The position numbers were made by a program, and so were the translations under genes. A stretch of 30,841 bases of DNA from Candidatus Bathyarchaeia archaeon (GTDB taxonomy: Archaea > Thermoproteota > Bathyarchaeia > Bathyarchaeales > Bathycorpusculaceae): assembly GCA_037481775.1 (NCBI GenBank), contig JBBFKZ010000017.1:1-30841 (forward strand), given 5' to 3'. How positions within the stretch are numbered: the first letter of the stretch is position 1; each line of letters starts with the position of its first letter. The notes below the pieces were generated by a model. The model searched no databases. It saw nothing but the letters and a program-made list of their open reading frames with translations, and was not told where the DNA came from. Positions 19,225 through 27,668 of this stretch are shown here, one piece after another.

Positions 19225-19261
19225 TTCTCCCTGAAGAACAAAAGTGTTCTCCAAAAGAACA
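19225..19261. promoter_or_regulatory. Candidate operator: repeated TTCTCC-N3/4-AGAACA with central palindrome AGAACA-AAAG-TGTTCT
   Basis: TTCTCCctgaAGAACAaaagtgTTCTCCaaaAGAACA, 43-79 bp upstream of ATG 19182. Confidence 0.4.
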
Positions 19262-19410
19262 GACATGCTCAATTTGTTTCATCTTAGAAAAGCCAATGTG
19301 AAGTTTTCTCGAAAAGCGGGCATGGCAACAGTAACCGTTTTTCTCACGGAAACTTTAAGAGCAAAAGGCCATCTGCATCTCCATAGCAAACACTCAAGGA
19401 AAGGTTCACA

Positions 19411-20289
19411 GTGAAAATCGGAATTGCAACCAGAAACATGGAAGCGTGGAGTAGCACGCAGCTTAGAGAAGCGCTGACTAAACGAGGCATCTCGTACGAG
19501 TGCTTCACTTTTCCGAAACTCGTCGCGCAGCTTGGACAAAAACCCTACTTCAAAGTCAATAACCTAAACTTGCTAGAAGATTTAGATGCCCTTATCATTC
19601 GCCCAATTGGCCGCGGCTCCCTGGAAGAAATAGTTTTCCGAATGGACATGCTCTACAAACTTGAACGCCATGGCTTTCTAGTAATAAACCCTGCAGAGGC
19701 CATAGAGCACTGCGTTGACAAATACGACATACTCGCCATTCTTGAAGATAATGGCGTACCCGTGCCGCGCACAGTGGTGACAGAAAGCGTAAATGAAGCC
19801 TTAAAAGCCTTTAAAGAGTTGGGCGGCGATGTTGTGGTTAAGCCGCTTTTCGGCTCCAGAGGTATAGGCGCAACACGCGTAGTAGACGCAGAAGTTGCAA
19901 ACACCGTCTTCAAAGCCATAACCTTTTCTCATGGCGTTATCTACATCCAAGAATTCGTGCCTCATGGAACATCAGACATCCGCGCATTCATTGTAGGCGG
20001 CCGTGTGATAGCAGCAATGCGCCGCGTAGCAGACAACTGGAAGACAAACTACAGTCAAGGTGCAAGACCGGTGCCCATAACTCTTGATTCAGCCCTTGAA
20101 GAGATAGCGGTTAAAGCGGCTAATGCGATAGGCTGCAAAATTGCAGGCGTCGACATACTTGAAGGCCCAGATGGACCAAAAATCTGTGACGTGAACAGTC
20201 AGCCAGGCTGGAAGGGGCTGCAGATGGTTACGAAAGTTAACATAGCCGACGAAATCGTCAACTACGTTTTGTCTGAATTAAAAAAGTAA
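19411..20289 (+). CDS. RimK-family ATP-grasp alpha-L-glutamate ligase (MptN/CofF/Orf5-like)
   Basis: VDKY, GVPVPRT, VVKPLFGSRGIG, IQEFV, DIRAFIVG, WKTNYSQG, GVDILE, VNSQPGW. Confidence 0.88.
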   Translation: MKIGIATRNMEAWSSTQLREALTKRGISYECFTFPKLVAQLGQKPYFKVNNLNLLEDLDALIIRPIGRGSLEEIVFRMDMLYKLERHGFLVINPAEAIEHCVDKYDILAILEDNGVPVPRTVVTESVNEALKAFKELGGDVVVKPLFGSRGIGATRVVDAEVANTVFKAITFSHGVIYIQEFVPHGTSDIRAFIVGGRVIAAMRRVADNWKTNYSQGARPVPITLDSALEEIAVKAANAIGCKIAGVDILEGPDGPKICDVNSQPGWKGLQMVTKVNIADEIVNYVLSELKK

Positions 20290-20291
20290 GA

Positions 20292-21086
20292 GTGGAAATA
20301 ATGCGCAGGCTGGAAATAACAAAATACGACCTCGCGACAAGGACCTCCAAAAAAATGGTGGATTACGTGGCAGAAGAGAAGCCATTGCACATATTTGTAA
20401 ACACTACTTACTGGGCAACAATACTCTGCTCACCATTAAATCTTAAGGAGATGGCAGTAGGGCACCTATTATCAGAGGGAATTCTAAAATCAACTGAAGA
20501 AATTAGGGAAGTAGAATTAAAAGAAAAAGAGGGAACATGCCACGTAAAACTGCAACCTGCAATAAACCTTGAGGAACGCTTAAGCCTCTCGAGACTTCAC
20601 CAACGCGTAGTAACCTCTGCATGCGGCGGGCAATCAATATATCAGTACCAACGAAAACCAGCAAAGGTAACCTCAAGCTTGACAGTGAAAGCTGACGTAC
20701 TCTTCAACGCCGTCAACCAGCTAAACTTTAAAGCGGAAGTTTTTAGACAAACCGGAGGCGTGCATGCGGCAGCCCTCTATACCGCCGACGGAGCCCTTGT
20801 GGCTATGGCTGAAGACGTCGGCAGACATAACGCGGTTGATAAGGTAATCGGTATGGCGGCGCTCAAGCAAACTTGCTTCAGCGAATGCTTTTTAGCATCT
20901 ACAGGGAGACTATCAGGCGACATAGTGTTCAAAGCCGCAAAGGTTGGTTTACCGATTGTGGCGTCCTTGGGCGCTGCGCTGGACTCCGGCGTCGACATGG
21001 CAGAAGCCGCAAACTTGACGTTAATCGGGTTTGTCCGCGGAAAACGTATGAACATTTACACTTTCGCGGAGAGAATTCTCTCGTAA
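20292..21086 (+). CDS. fdhD: FdhD-family sulfurtransferase for Mo/W-bis-PGD cofactor
   Basis: VAEEKPL, AVGHLLSEG, TGGVHAAA, EDVGRHNAVDKVIG, TGRLSGDIVFKA, LIGFVRG. Confidence 0.93.
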   Translation: MEIMRRLEITKYDLATRTSKKMVDYVAEEKPLHIFVNTTYWATILCSPLNLKEMAVGHLLSEGILKSTEEIREVELKEKEGTCHVKLQPAINLEERLSLSRLHQRVVTSACGGQSIYQYQRKPAKVTSSLTVKADVLFNAVNQLNFKAEVFRQTGGVHAAALYTADGALVAMAEDVGRHNAVDKVIGMAALKQTCFSECFLASTGRLSGDIVFKAAKVGLPIVASLGAALDSGVDMAEAANLTLIGFVRGKRMNIYTFAERILS

Positions 21087-22066
21087 GGATCAACGGCAAC
21101 TTGTGGAAAAGGCGTTGCCTTACCATTTCTTACGAGAAGGCGATTTTTGCTTTTAGTGAAAACACCTAAAAAACTCGCAAATAAACCGTTTTCACGTAAA
21201 ACTTTTTCCACAAGCTCTTTAGCTTGAGCATCCACAGCCGCTATAACTAGGCCAGTTGAAGACATCGACAAAACCTGCTCATCTGAAAGCTGAAAAGTAT
21301 CTTGCAACTTTCGCACTTCCGGGCTTATTGGAATTTTTTCGAAAACCACATTAAAACCTAAGTCTGAGGCAAGGGCTATCTCATTGAGCGCAGCCACTAA
21401 GCCGCCTTCGGTGGCATCATGCATGGCATGAACAAAGCCTGTCTTAGCAAGCTGTAAAACTTCCCTCACGCAACTCTGCATGCGCATAAGCCCAGAAAGT
21501 TTTTCAGCTTGCGCGGCGCCAAATAACCTCTGCGCCAAAGCCTTATGCGTCAACGAAAAGTTGGCGAGAATTTCTAAGCCAATTTGCTTAGTGCATAAAA
21601 TTAGGTCTTCGGCTTTAGCATTTGCTGGCGTAATTAACTGATGTTTCTCCACGGGGCCATATGCGGTGCAGACGCCTACTAATTCTGATAAGCCAGCATA
21701 CATGCCAGTATGCCCAGTTACGATGGCAATTCCTAATTCATCAGCAGCACTGCACACTTGCTCCATAGCCACTTGAAGAACCTGCGGCTCGGCAGATGAC
21801 GGCGCAAGCAGGTTAATTGTACAGAATTCTGGCTTCGCCCCGAAAAGCGCCACGTCGGAAGCTGCATAATTGATTAGTAGCCAACCGAACCATTCTCTGG
21901 GAACGCCGATGCATGGGTCGGTGGAAACAACCATGTATTTATCGCCTAGTAGGTGCACGCCTGAATCGAAGCCTGGAAAAGGCGGCACGATCACTCGAGG
22001 GTCTCTTTTTATGCAGCTTAAAAGTTTTTGAAGCTCATCTAGCCCAAGTTTGCCCATGGACTTCAT
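21056..22066 (-). CDS. AIR synthase-related (PurM/HypE/ThiL-fold) protein
   Basis: GFDSGV, VVSTDP, AASDVALFGAKP, IVTGHT, AMHDATEGGL. ATGA overlap with the upstream ATPase gene. Confidence 0.85.
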   Translation of the reverse strand: MKSMGKLGLDELQKLLSCIKRDPRVIVPPFPGFDSGVHLLGDKYMVVSTDPCIGVPREWFGWLLINYAASDVALFGAKPEFCTINLLAPSSAEPQVLQVAMEQVCSAADELGIAIVTGHTGMYAGLSELVGVCTAYGPVEKHQLITPANAKAEDLILCTKQIGLEILANFSLTHKALAQRLFGAAQAEKLSGLMRMQSCVREVLQLAKTGFVHAMHDATEGGLVAALNEIALASDLGFNVVFEKIPISPEVRKLQDTFQLSDEQVLSMSSTGLVIAAVDAQAKELVEKVLRENGLFASFLGVFTKSKNRLLVRNGKATPFPQVAVDPYERILSAKV

Positions 22067-22785
22067 GAACCTTTAGTTTTCTCTAGCATCTCTATGCCTC
22101 TGTGGGTTATTTTGAAGGGAATCCAACCTAACGGGTGCTCGCAGCCCTCCATTTTGACGATGCGCATTTCGCGTTGAAGGGTTTCTTCGTTAAAGCGGAA
22201 AAAGAATATGTTGTGCGCTTTATTCAAGTCGAGGTCGGTGGCTCGCTGCGTTGCGAGGTCTTTTTGTGTCGCGGCAGTCATTATATCAATGTTGACAATG
22301 TTATCATAATGAGACCAGTTTATTGTCCAGTCCTCGAGAAGCTCAGCATATTTCAAGTCGTAAAGGGAGAAAAGTTGTTCGCTGAAGTCTCCTGCAGCAA
22401 ATCGCGTCACTTGATTAGCAGAGATTAGGAATTTGTCGATACGCTTCATCTCCTCAAAATCGTCAAGACTGAAGTATGTTACGCGCGGATCTTTCGGAAA
22501 AGTACTGAAATGTGGAAAAGCTTGAATAGCAATGAATTTGCCCTCGTCGATGTATGGTCCAATGTTCCATCCAAAGGATTTGAAATACGCTATCAACCGT
22601 GGAAAAGGTTTGTCCATGACATCGTAAGCTACGGTTTCGCCTTGCTGAAGCCCTTGCCAAAGGAACTGCATGGCGAAAACGGTCTTTCCTGTTCCTGGCG
22701 GTCCGTAAAGAATGTTGCGAGAGCCTGATTCTATTCCGCCACCGATTAGTTCATCAAGCCCCTTTATTCCAGTTTTAAGCTTCAT
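22063..22785 (-). CDS. KaiC/RAD55-like RecA-superfamily ATPase, single domain, degenerate catalytic motifs
   Basis: KTGIKGLDELIGGG, Walker A GPPGTGKT, C-terminal RIVKMEG.EH...IPFKITHRGI. Confidence 0.85.
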   Translation of the reverse strand: MKLKTGIKGLDELIGGGIESGSRNILYGPPGTGKTVFAMQFLWQGLQQGETVAYDVMDKPFPRLIAYFKSFGWNIGPYIDEGKFIAIQAFPHFSTFPKDPRVTYFSLDDFEEMKRIDKFLISANQVTRFAAGDFSEQLFSLYDLKYAELLEDWTINWSHYDNIVNIDIMTAATQKDLATQRATDLDLNKAHNIFFFRFNEETLQREMRIVKMEGCEHPLGWIPFKITHRGIEMLEKTKGS

Positions 22786-22801
22786 TCTTTATTTCTCCAT
22801 T

Positions 22802-23350
22802 TTAAAGGTAAATGCTCAACGCTTTGCTCTTCTGCAGAAGGTAGACGATTATGCCGCTGACAACAAGTTCGGGAACAAGGTAGCTTCCATTATACACTGC
22901 AGAGTACACGTATGGATTCAGCTCTGGAGCATACAATGGCGCCCAATAGACCACGCCAGCCACGAAATGCATTATAAAACGGCCTATGATGCCGGCGGCA
23001 GCGCCAAGTACAGGCTGCTTTTTAGTCCAACCAGCAACGCCTAGGATGCCGAAAGCTAGCGGGTAGTCCAGCAGCATCTGCACTGGATTAAGGAAATAGG
23101 GTTGGATAGCAAATTGTATTAAGCCGTATACTGCGCCTGCAAACAAGCCTACTTTTGGTCCCCGCCTAAGTGCAAGCCAAATGATCGGCACCATCGAGCC
23201 GGCAGTTATCGAGCCGCCTTGGGGCAAAGTATAGACTATTATGAAACTCAACGCGGTTGCCAACGCTACAAATATGGCGATTTCAGCCAATACCTTAGCT
23301 GCAACTTTATGTTCATTTATAGAAGTAGATTCACTTTTGTTCGCATTCAT
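22802..23350 (-). CDS. thiT: Thiamine ECF transporter S component ThiT
   Basis: LAEIAIFVALA, LPQGGSIT, RRGPKVG, PVQMLLDY, HFVAGVVYW, YSAVYNGSY. ATG 23350 follows the riboswitch; the track start at 23389 falls inside the aptamer. Confidence 0.93.
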   Translation of the reverse strand: MNANKSESTSINEHKVAAKVLAEIAIFVALATALSFIIVYTLPQGGSITAGSMVPIIWLALRRGPKVGLFAGAVYGLIQFAIQPYFLNPVQMLLDYPLAFGILGVAGWTKKQPVLGAAAGIIGRFIMHFVAGVVYWAPLYAPELNPYVYSAVYNGSYLVPELVVSGIIVYLLQKSKALSIYL

Positions 23351-23351
23351 G

Positions 23352-23449
23352 TTTTTTCCCTCCGCCAGTATTATCTGGTTCAGGTTCAAAGGGTCGACAG
23401 CGATTCAGCCGTCCTCTCAGCCGGGTCACAGCCCAGCTCCCCTAAACCT
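23352..23449 (-). promoter_or_regulatory. TPP riboswitch (THI element)
   Basis: Minus strand reads GTTTAGGGGAGCTGGGCTGTGACCCGGCTGAGAGGACGGCTGAATCGCTGTCGACCCTTTGAACCTGAACCAGATAATACTGGCGGAGGGAAAAAA. Conserved GGGG..GC, CTGAGA, ACCC, ACCTGA, TAAT and GCG.AGGGA elements with pairing stems, directly upstream of thiT. Confidence 0.95.
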
Positions 23450-23522
23450 TGCTTGGGGATAATGTTATTTAGTTGTATTTTAATTTTCCTAAAGTCTATA
23501 ATGCAATGGAGAAAATCGGGAG

Positions 23523-25985
23523 ATGCAACCTCTGCCTAAAGAATATAAGTTCACCGAGATCGAGCGGAAGTGGCAACAGAAATGGGAAGAAATGGGTATA
23601 TACCGCTTCGACTGGAACGACACAGCACGACCAGTTTTTAGTATTGACACTCCGCCACCATATCCCTCCGGTGAATTCCACATGGGCAACGTCTTGAATT
23701 GGACGTACTTTGACGCAGTAGCCAGGTACAAGCGTATGCGCGGCTACAACGTGCTTTTTCCGCAAGGCTGGGACTGTCATGGATTAAGCATCGAAGTACA
23801 AGTAGAGAAAATGAATAACATTCGAAAGCGTGATGTGCCGCCAGACCAGTTCCGCAAGTGGTGCGAGCAGCTTGTAGAGAAATATATTGCCATGATGAAA
23901 GAAGGCATTTTAAAGCTTGGCTGCAGCGTGGACTGGACTACCGAGTACCGTACAATGGATCCGGACTATTGGCGGCGCACGCAGCTCAGCTTCATACTTC
24001 TGTATAAAAAGGGGTACATTTACCAGGGAACGCATCCAGTAAACTGGTGTCCACGTTGTGAAACAGCAATAGCAGATGCAGAGGTGGACTACGAAAAAAG
24101 GCAAGGCATACTTCATTATATTCGTTTTCTACTGGAAGGCAGCAGTGAATACTTGCTTATTGCCACCACGCGACCAGAATTTATTCCCGCTTGTGTAGCT
24201 GTCGAAGTTAACCCAGAAGACCAGCGCTTCACCAAGTACATCGGTAAAAACATCGTGGTTCCACTTGTCAACCGCCCTGTTCAAGTTATCGGAGAGGAAG
24301 CTGTGGATCCCGCTTTCGGCACAGGCGTCGTTATGATTTGCACTTACGGAGACAAAGAAGACGTAAAAACGGTCATCAAACATAAGCTGCCGGTTATCAA
24401 ACTTTTAACTGAGAACGGAAGAATAAATGAGAACGGTGGCAAGTACGCAGGCTTAACTATAAACCAAGCCAGAAAAGCCATAGTTGAAGACCTCGCCGCT
24501 GCGGGATTACTAGAGAAAACTGAGCAAATTGAACAGGAAGTCGGCGTGTGCGACCGCTGCAAAACACACGTAGAAATTCTCGAGCACAAGCAGTGGTTCA
24601 TGAAAACGCGCATACTAACCGACGCCGTGGAAAAAACCGCTAACGAGGTTGTATGGTATCCGGATTATATGAAAACACGACTGATTGACTGGGCGAAGTC
24701 TCTCGACTGGGATTGGGTCATTAGCCGCCAACGCGTATTTGCCACACCAATTCCTGTTTGGTATTGCAAAAACTGTGGTGAAGTAATACTCGCAGAAGAA
24801 ACATGGGTTCCAATAGACCCAAAGCTGGAAAACCCGAAAATTGGCAAATGCCCAAAATGCGGCGGCCGCGAGTTCACTCCCGAAAGCGACGTGTTTGATA
24901 CGTGGATGGATAGTTCAATAACATGTGCTGTGCACGCTGGCTGGCCAGACCGCAAAGATTGGCGAAGATTTTTCCCTGCTGACATGCATCCGTCAGGCAT
25001 AGACATCATCAGAACATGGGCATACTACCTGATGGTTAGGCACTTGGCATTGTTCGGCGAAACACCTTACAAGAGCTGCCTCATCAATGGCATGGTTCTC
25101 GGCTCAGATGGCAGAAAAATGAGCAAGTCACTTAAGAATTATGTTGCGGCACCCGAAGTTTTAGATAAGTATGGTGCAGACGCCACCCGCCAATGGGCTG
25201 CTGGAGGCGGCGCCACAGGCTCAGACATACCTTTCCGCTGGCCCGATGTGGAATATGGAAAACGCTTTCTCGTTAAACTTTGGAACGTTTCATGCTTCGC
25301 AAACAAGCTTTTAGCAGATTACAAACCTACAGAAGCTGAAGATGTAAAGCTGGAGCTATTGGACAAGTGGATTCTAAGCAAAGCTGAAAAGCTCACGCGA
25401 AAAGTAACTGAAGCATTTGAGAAATGCCAGTTCAACATTGCACTGGAAGAAATACGCAATTTCACATGGCATGTTCTCTGCGATTGCTACATAGAAGCAG
25501 TCAAAGATAGGCTTTACAGAGGAGAAATACATGGAGAAGCCAAAAAGGTAGCGGCACAGTATACGCTTTACGAAGTGTTATACCGTATTTTGCAGTTTCT
25601 TTCTCCGATAACACCGCATTTGACAGAGGAAATATATCAAGCCATGTATGCGGATAATAAAGGCTTTAAGAGCCTACAGGTTGCACCTTGGCCTGAATTT
25701 AAGCAGGAGTGTATTGATGAGACGGCGGAAAAACATGGAGACCTAATTATAGCAGTTATAACTTCGATCCGTAGAGAAAAAGCTGAAAAGCGGATGCCTC
25801 TGAATACACAAGTTAAGAAGTTGACAATTTACGCTGGAGATAAGGCAACAGCAGAGATAATCAGAGAAGGAGAAGGGGACCTAACAGGGACATGCAAAGT
25901 CTTAAATCTTGAAATTCTTGCAGAGAAAGGCAACGGCAGAGAAATCGATCAATACCCAGAAGTTCATTTTATAGCTGAATATTAA
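23523..25985 (+). CDS. valS: Valine--tRNA ligase (archaeal type)
   Basis: DTPPPYPSGEFHMGN (HIGH-like), WVISRQR, KMSKS, C-terminal anticodon-binding region. Confidence 0.96.
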   Translation: MQPLPKEYKFTEIERKWQQKWEEMGIYRFDWNDTARPVFSIDTPPPYPSGEFHMGNVLNWTYFDAVARYKRMRGYNVLFPQGWDCHGLSIEVQVEKMNNIRKRDVPPDQFRKWCEQLVEKYIAMMKEGILKLGCSVDWTTEYRTMDPDYWRRTQLSFILLYKKGYIYQGTHPVNWCPRCETAIADAEVDYEKRQGILHYIRFLLEGSSEYLLIATTRPEFIPACVAVEVNPEDQRFTKYIGKNIVVPLVNRPVQVIGEEAVDPAFGTGVVMICTYGDKEDVKTVIKHKLPVIKLLTENGRINENGGKYAGLTINQARKAIVEDLAAAGLLEKTEQIEQEVGVCDRCKTHVEILEHKQWFMKTRILTDAVEKTANEVVWYPDYMKTRLIDWAKSLDWDWVISRQRVFATPIPVWYCKNCGEVILAEETWVPIDPKLENPKIGKCPKCGGREFTPESDVFDTWMDSSITCAVHAGWPDRKDWRRFFPADMHPSGIDIIRTWAYYLMVRHLALFGETPYKSCLINGMVLGSDGRKMSKSLKNYVAAPEVLDKYGADATRQWAAGGGATGSDIPFRWPDVEYGKRFLVKLWNVSCFANKLLADYKPTEAEDVKLELLDKWILSKAEKLTRKVTEAFEKCQFNIALEEIRNFTWHVLCDCYIEAVKDRLYRGEIHGEAKKVAAQYTLYEVLYRILQFLSPITPHLTEEIYQAMYADNKGFKSLQVAPWPEFKQECIDETAEKHGDLIIAVITSIRREKAEKRMPLNTQVKKLTIYAGDKATAEIIREGEGDLTGTCKVLNLEILAEKGNGREIDQYPEVHFIAEY

Positions 25986-25994
25986 AGGTGAAAC

Positions 25995-26750
25995 ATGTTG
26001 AAAAATACAGAAAATGCAAGAAAAGTCGGGATAATAGGCTGTGGCGCCATCGGCACACTTATCGCTGAGGCATTCGAGCGAAGGCTAGTTACATGCGACA
26101 AACTAATTCTATATGACCAAGATGAAAAGAAGGCGGAGAAACTGAAAAATTCCATACATTTTCCTGTCATTCTGGTTTCAAGTCTTGAGGAAATGCTTGA
26201 ACTTAGACCGAAGGTTATCGTGGAAGCAGCGTCACAGCAAGCTGCCCGAGAATACTTAGAACGGATAGTAACCGCAGACATCGATTTAATCGTTATGAGC
26301 AGCGGCGCTCTCTTAGACTTAAACTTACAGAAAAACAAGATTCATGTGCCCTCAGGAGCCATAGGTGGATTGGACGCGCTTTCCAGCGCTGCATTAGCGG
26401 GGATAGATAAGGTGGTTTTAACTTCGCGAAAAAATCCCAGAGCATTAGAGATGAGCAATAAGGAACCGGAAATCGTGTATGAAGGCAAAGCTGAAGAGGC
26501 AGCACGGCTTTATCCTCGGGAAATGAACGTTGCTGCTACTTTGGCCTTAACCGTTAAACCTGCAGAGGTATGGGTGCAAGTGGTTTCCGATCCTACTGTG
26601 CAGCGTAATACGCATGAAATAAGAGTGAAATGGCGGTTTGGCGAAATGTTCTTGAGGTTTGCGAATGACCCTCATCCAGATAACCCGCGAACCAGCGCAC
26701 TTGCCGCATGGTCTGCGATAAAGCTACTAAAAAAACTCATAGAAAAATAA
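25995..26750 (+). CDS. nadX: L-aspartate dehydrogenase-like protein
   Basis: GCGAIG Rossmann motif, EAAS, SGAIGGLD, NVAA, NTHEI, NPRTSALAA. Confidence 0.85.
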   Translation: MLKNTENARKVGIIGCGAIGTLIAEAFERRLVTCDKLILYDQDEKKAEKLKNSIHFPVILVSSLEEMLELRPKVIVEAASQQAAREYLERIVTADIDLIVMSSGALLDLNLQKNKIHVPSGAIGGLDALSSAALAGIDKVVLTSRKNPRALEMSNKEPEIVYEGKAEEAARLYPREMNVAATLALTVKPAEVWVQVVSDPTVQRNTHEIRVKWRFGEMFLRFANDPHPDNPRTSALAAWSAIKLLKKLIEK

Positions 26751-26896
26751 CTGGTTCTTTTATTTTATGAAGTTAAACTAAAAACAGCAACTTGACACTG
26801 GCAAAGATAGCAATACAATTACTCGCTTCAAATAAAGTCCTAAAAGGTAAAATAAAAATGCTGCATCGTAGGGCAAAAAATTCAGATATACAGCGA

Positions 26897-27589
26897 CTAT
26901 TCAAGGATAATGCGTGCATCCACTGTTTTCGCGCCTTTCTCATAAACCAGTATAGGATTCAAATCTAACTCTTTTATTTCAGGATGATCCATGACAAGTT
27001 TTGAAGTATTCAACAGAATATTTATCACGGCATTGATGTCGGCTGGCGGCGTATTTCGATAGCCCTCCAATAGCGGGTATGCCTTAACTTTTGTCACCAT
27101 TTCTTGTGCATCGGCTCTTGTGATGGGTGCAACCTTAAAAGTTACATCTTTTAAGAGTTCAACGAAAATTCCTCCCAAGCCGAACATCAAAGTCTGTCCA
27201 AACTGTGGATCTTTAATCGCGCCTACTATAACTTCTGTTGATGGCGGCGCCATTTCTTGAACTAAGACGCCGGCGATCCGGGCCGTCGAATTGTATCTTT
27301 TAGCATTATCCAATATTTTACTGTAAGCACTTCTAACGGCATCAGCGTTTTTCAAGTTAAGCATAACACCGCCAGCATCGGATTTATGGATAATTTCAGG
27401 AGAAACAATCTTCAAAACCACCGGAAACCCAATTTGCTCCGCAAATTGAACTGCTTCCGTCTCACTTTCCGCAAGTTTAAACGTGGTAACTGGAATAGCG
27501 TATTCCATACAGATTGTTTTTGATTCATGTTCCAATAGCACTTTTCTGCCTTCCCGGCGAGCTTGGGAGAGAATCAAAGTTGTGTCCAA
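26897..27589 (-). CDS. acdB: Acetate--CoA ligase (ADP-forming) beta subunit
   Basis: GFPVVLKIVSPEIIHKSDAGGV, DPQFGQTLMFGLGGIFVE, ELDLNP, VDAR. TTG 27589 with GGGGT upstream preferred over the track start at 27631. Confidence 0.9.
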   Translation of the reverse strand: MDTTLILSQARREGRKVLLEHESKTICMEYAIPVTTFKLAESETEAVQFAEQIGFPVVLKIVSPEIIHKSDAGGVMLNLKNADAVRSAYSKILDNAKRYNSTARIAGVLVQEMAPPSTEVIVGAIKDPQFGQTLMFGLGGIFVELLKDVTFKVAPITRADAQEMVTKVKAYPLLEGYRNTPPADINAVINILLNTSKLVMDHPEIKELDLNPILVYEKGAKTVDARIILE

Positions 27590-27668
27590 GGTTATAACCC
27601 CTACAATTTGTACATGTAAAACAAACAACATGGGTTTAAATTAGTTTTGGGTTAATAAAAGACAAAGC

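Noticed and set aside
21056-22066. Calling this gene hypE or thiL outright
   Set aside because: It lacks the C-terminal PRIC of HypE and no hydrogenase genes are nearby. Its motifs match the wider PurM fold but not clearly canonical ThiL.
23351-23389. N-terminal extension of ThiT given by the ORF track
   Set aside because: This sequence is the 3' half of the TPP aptamer; the SD and ATG at 23350 mark the real start.
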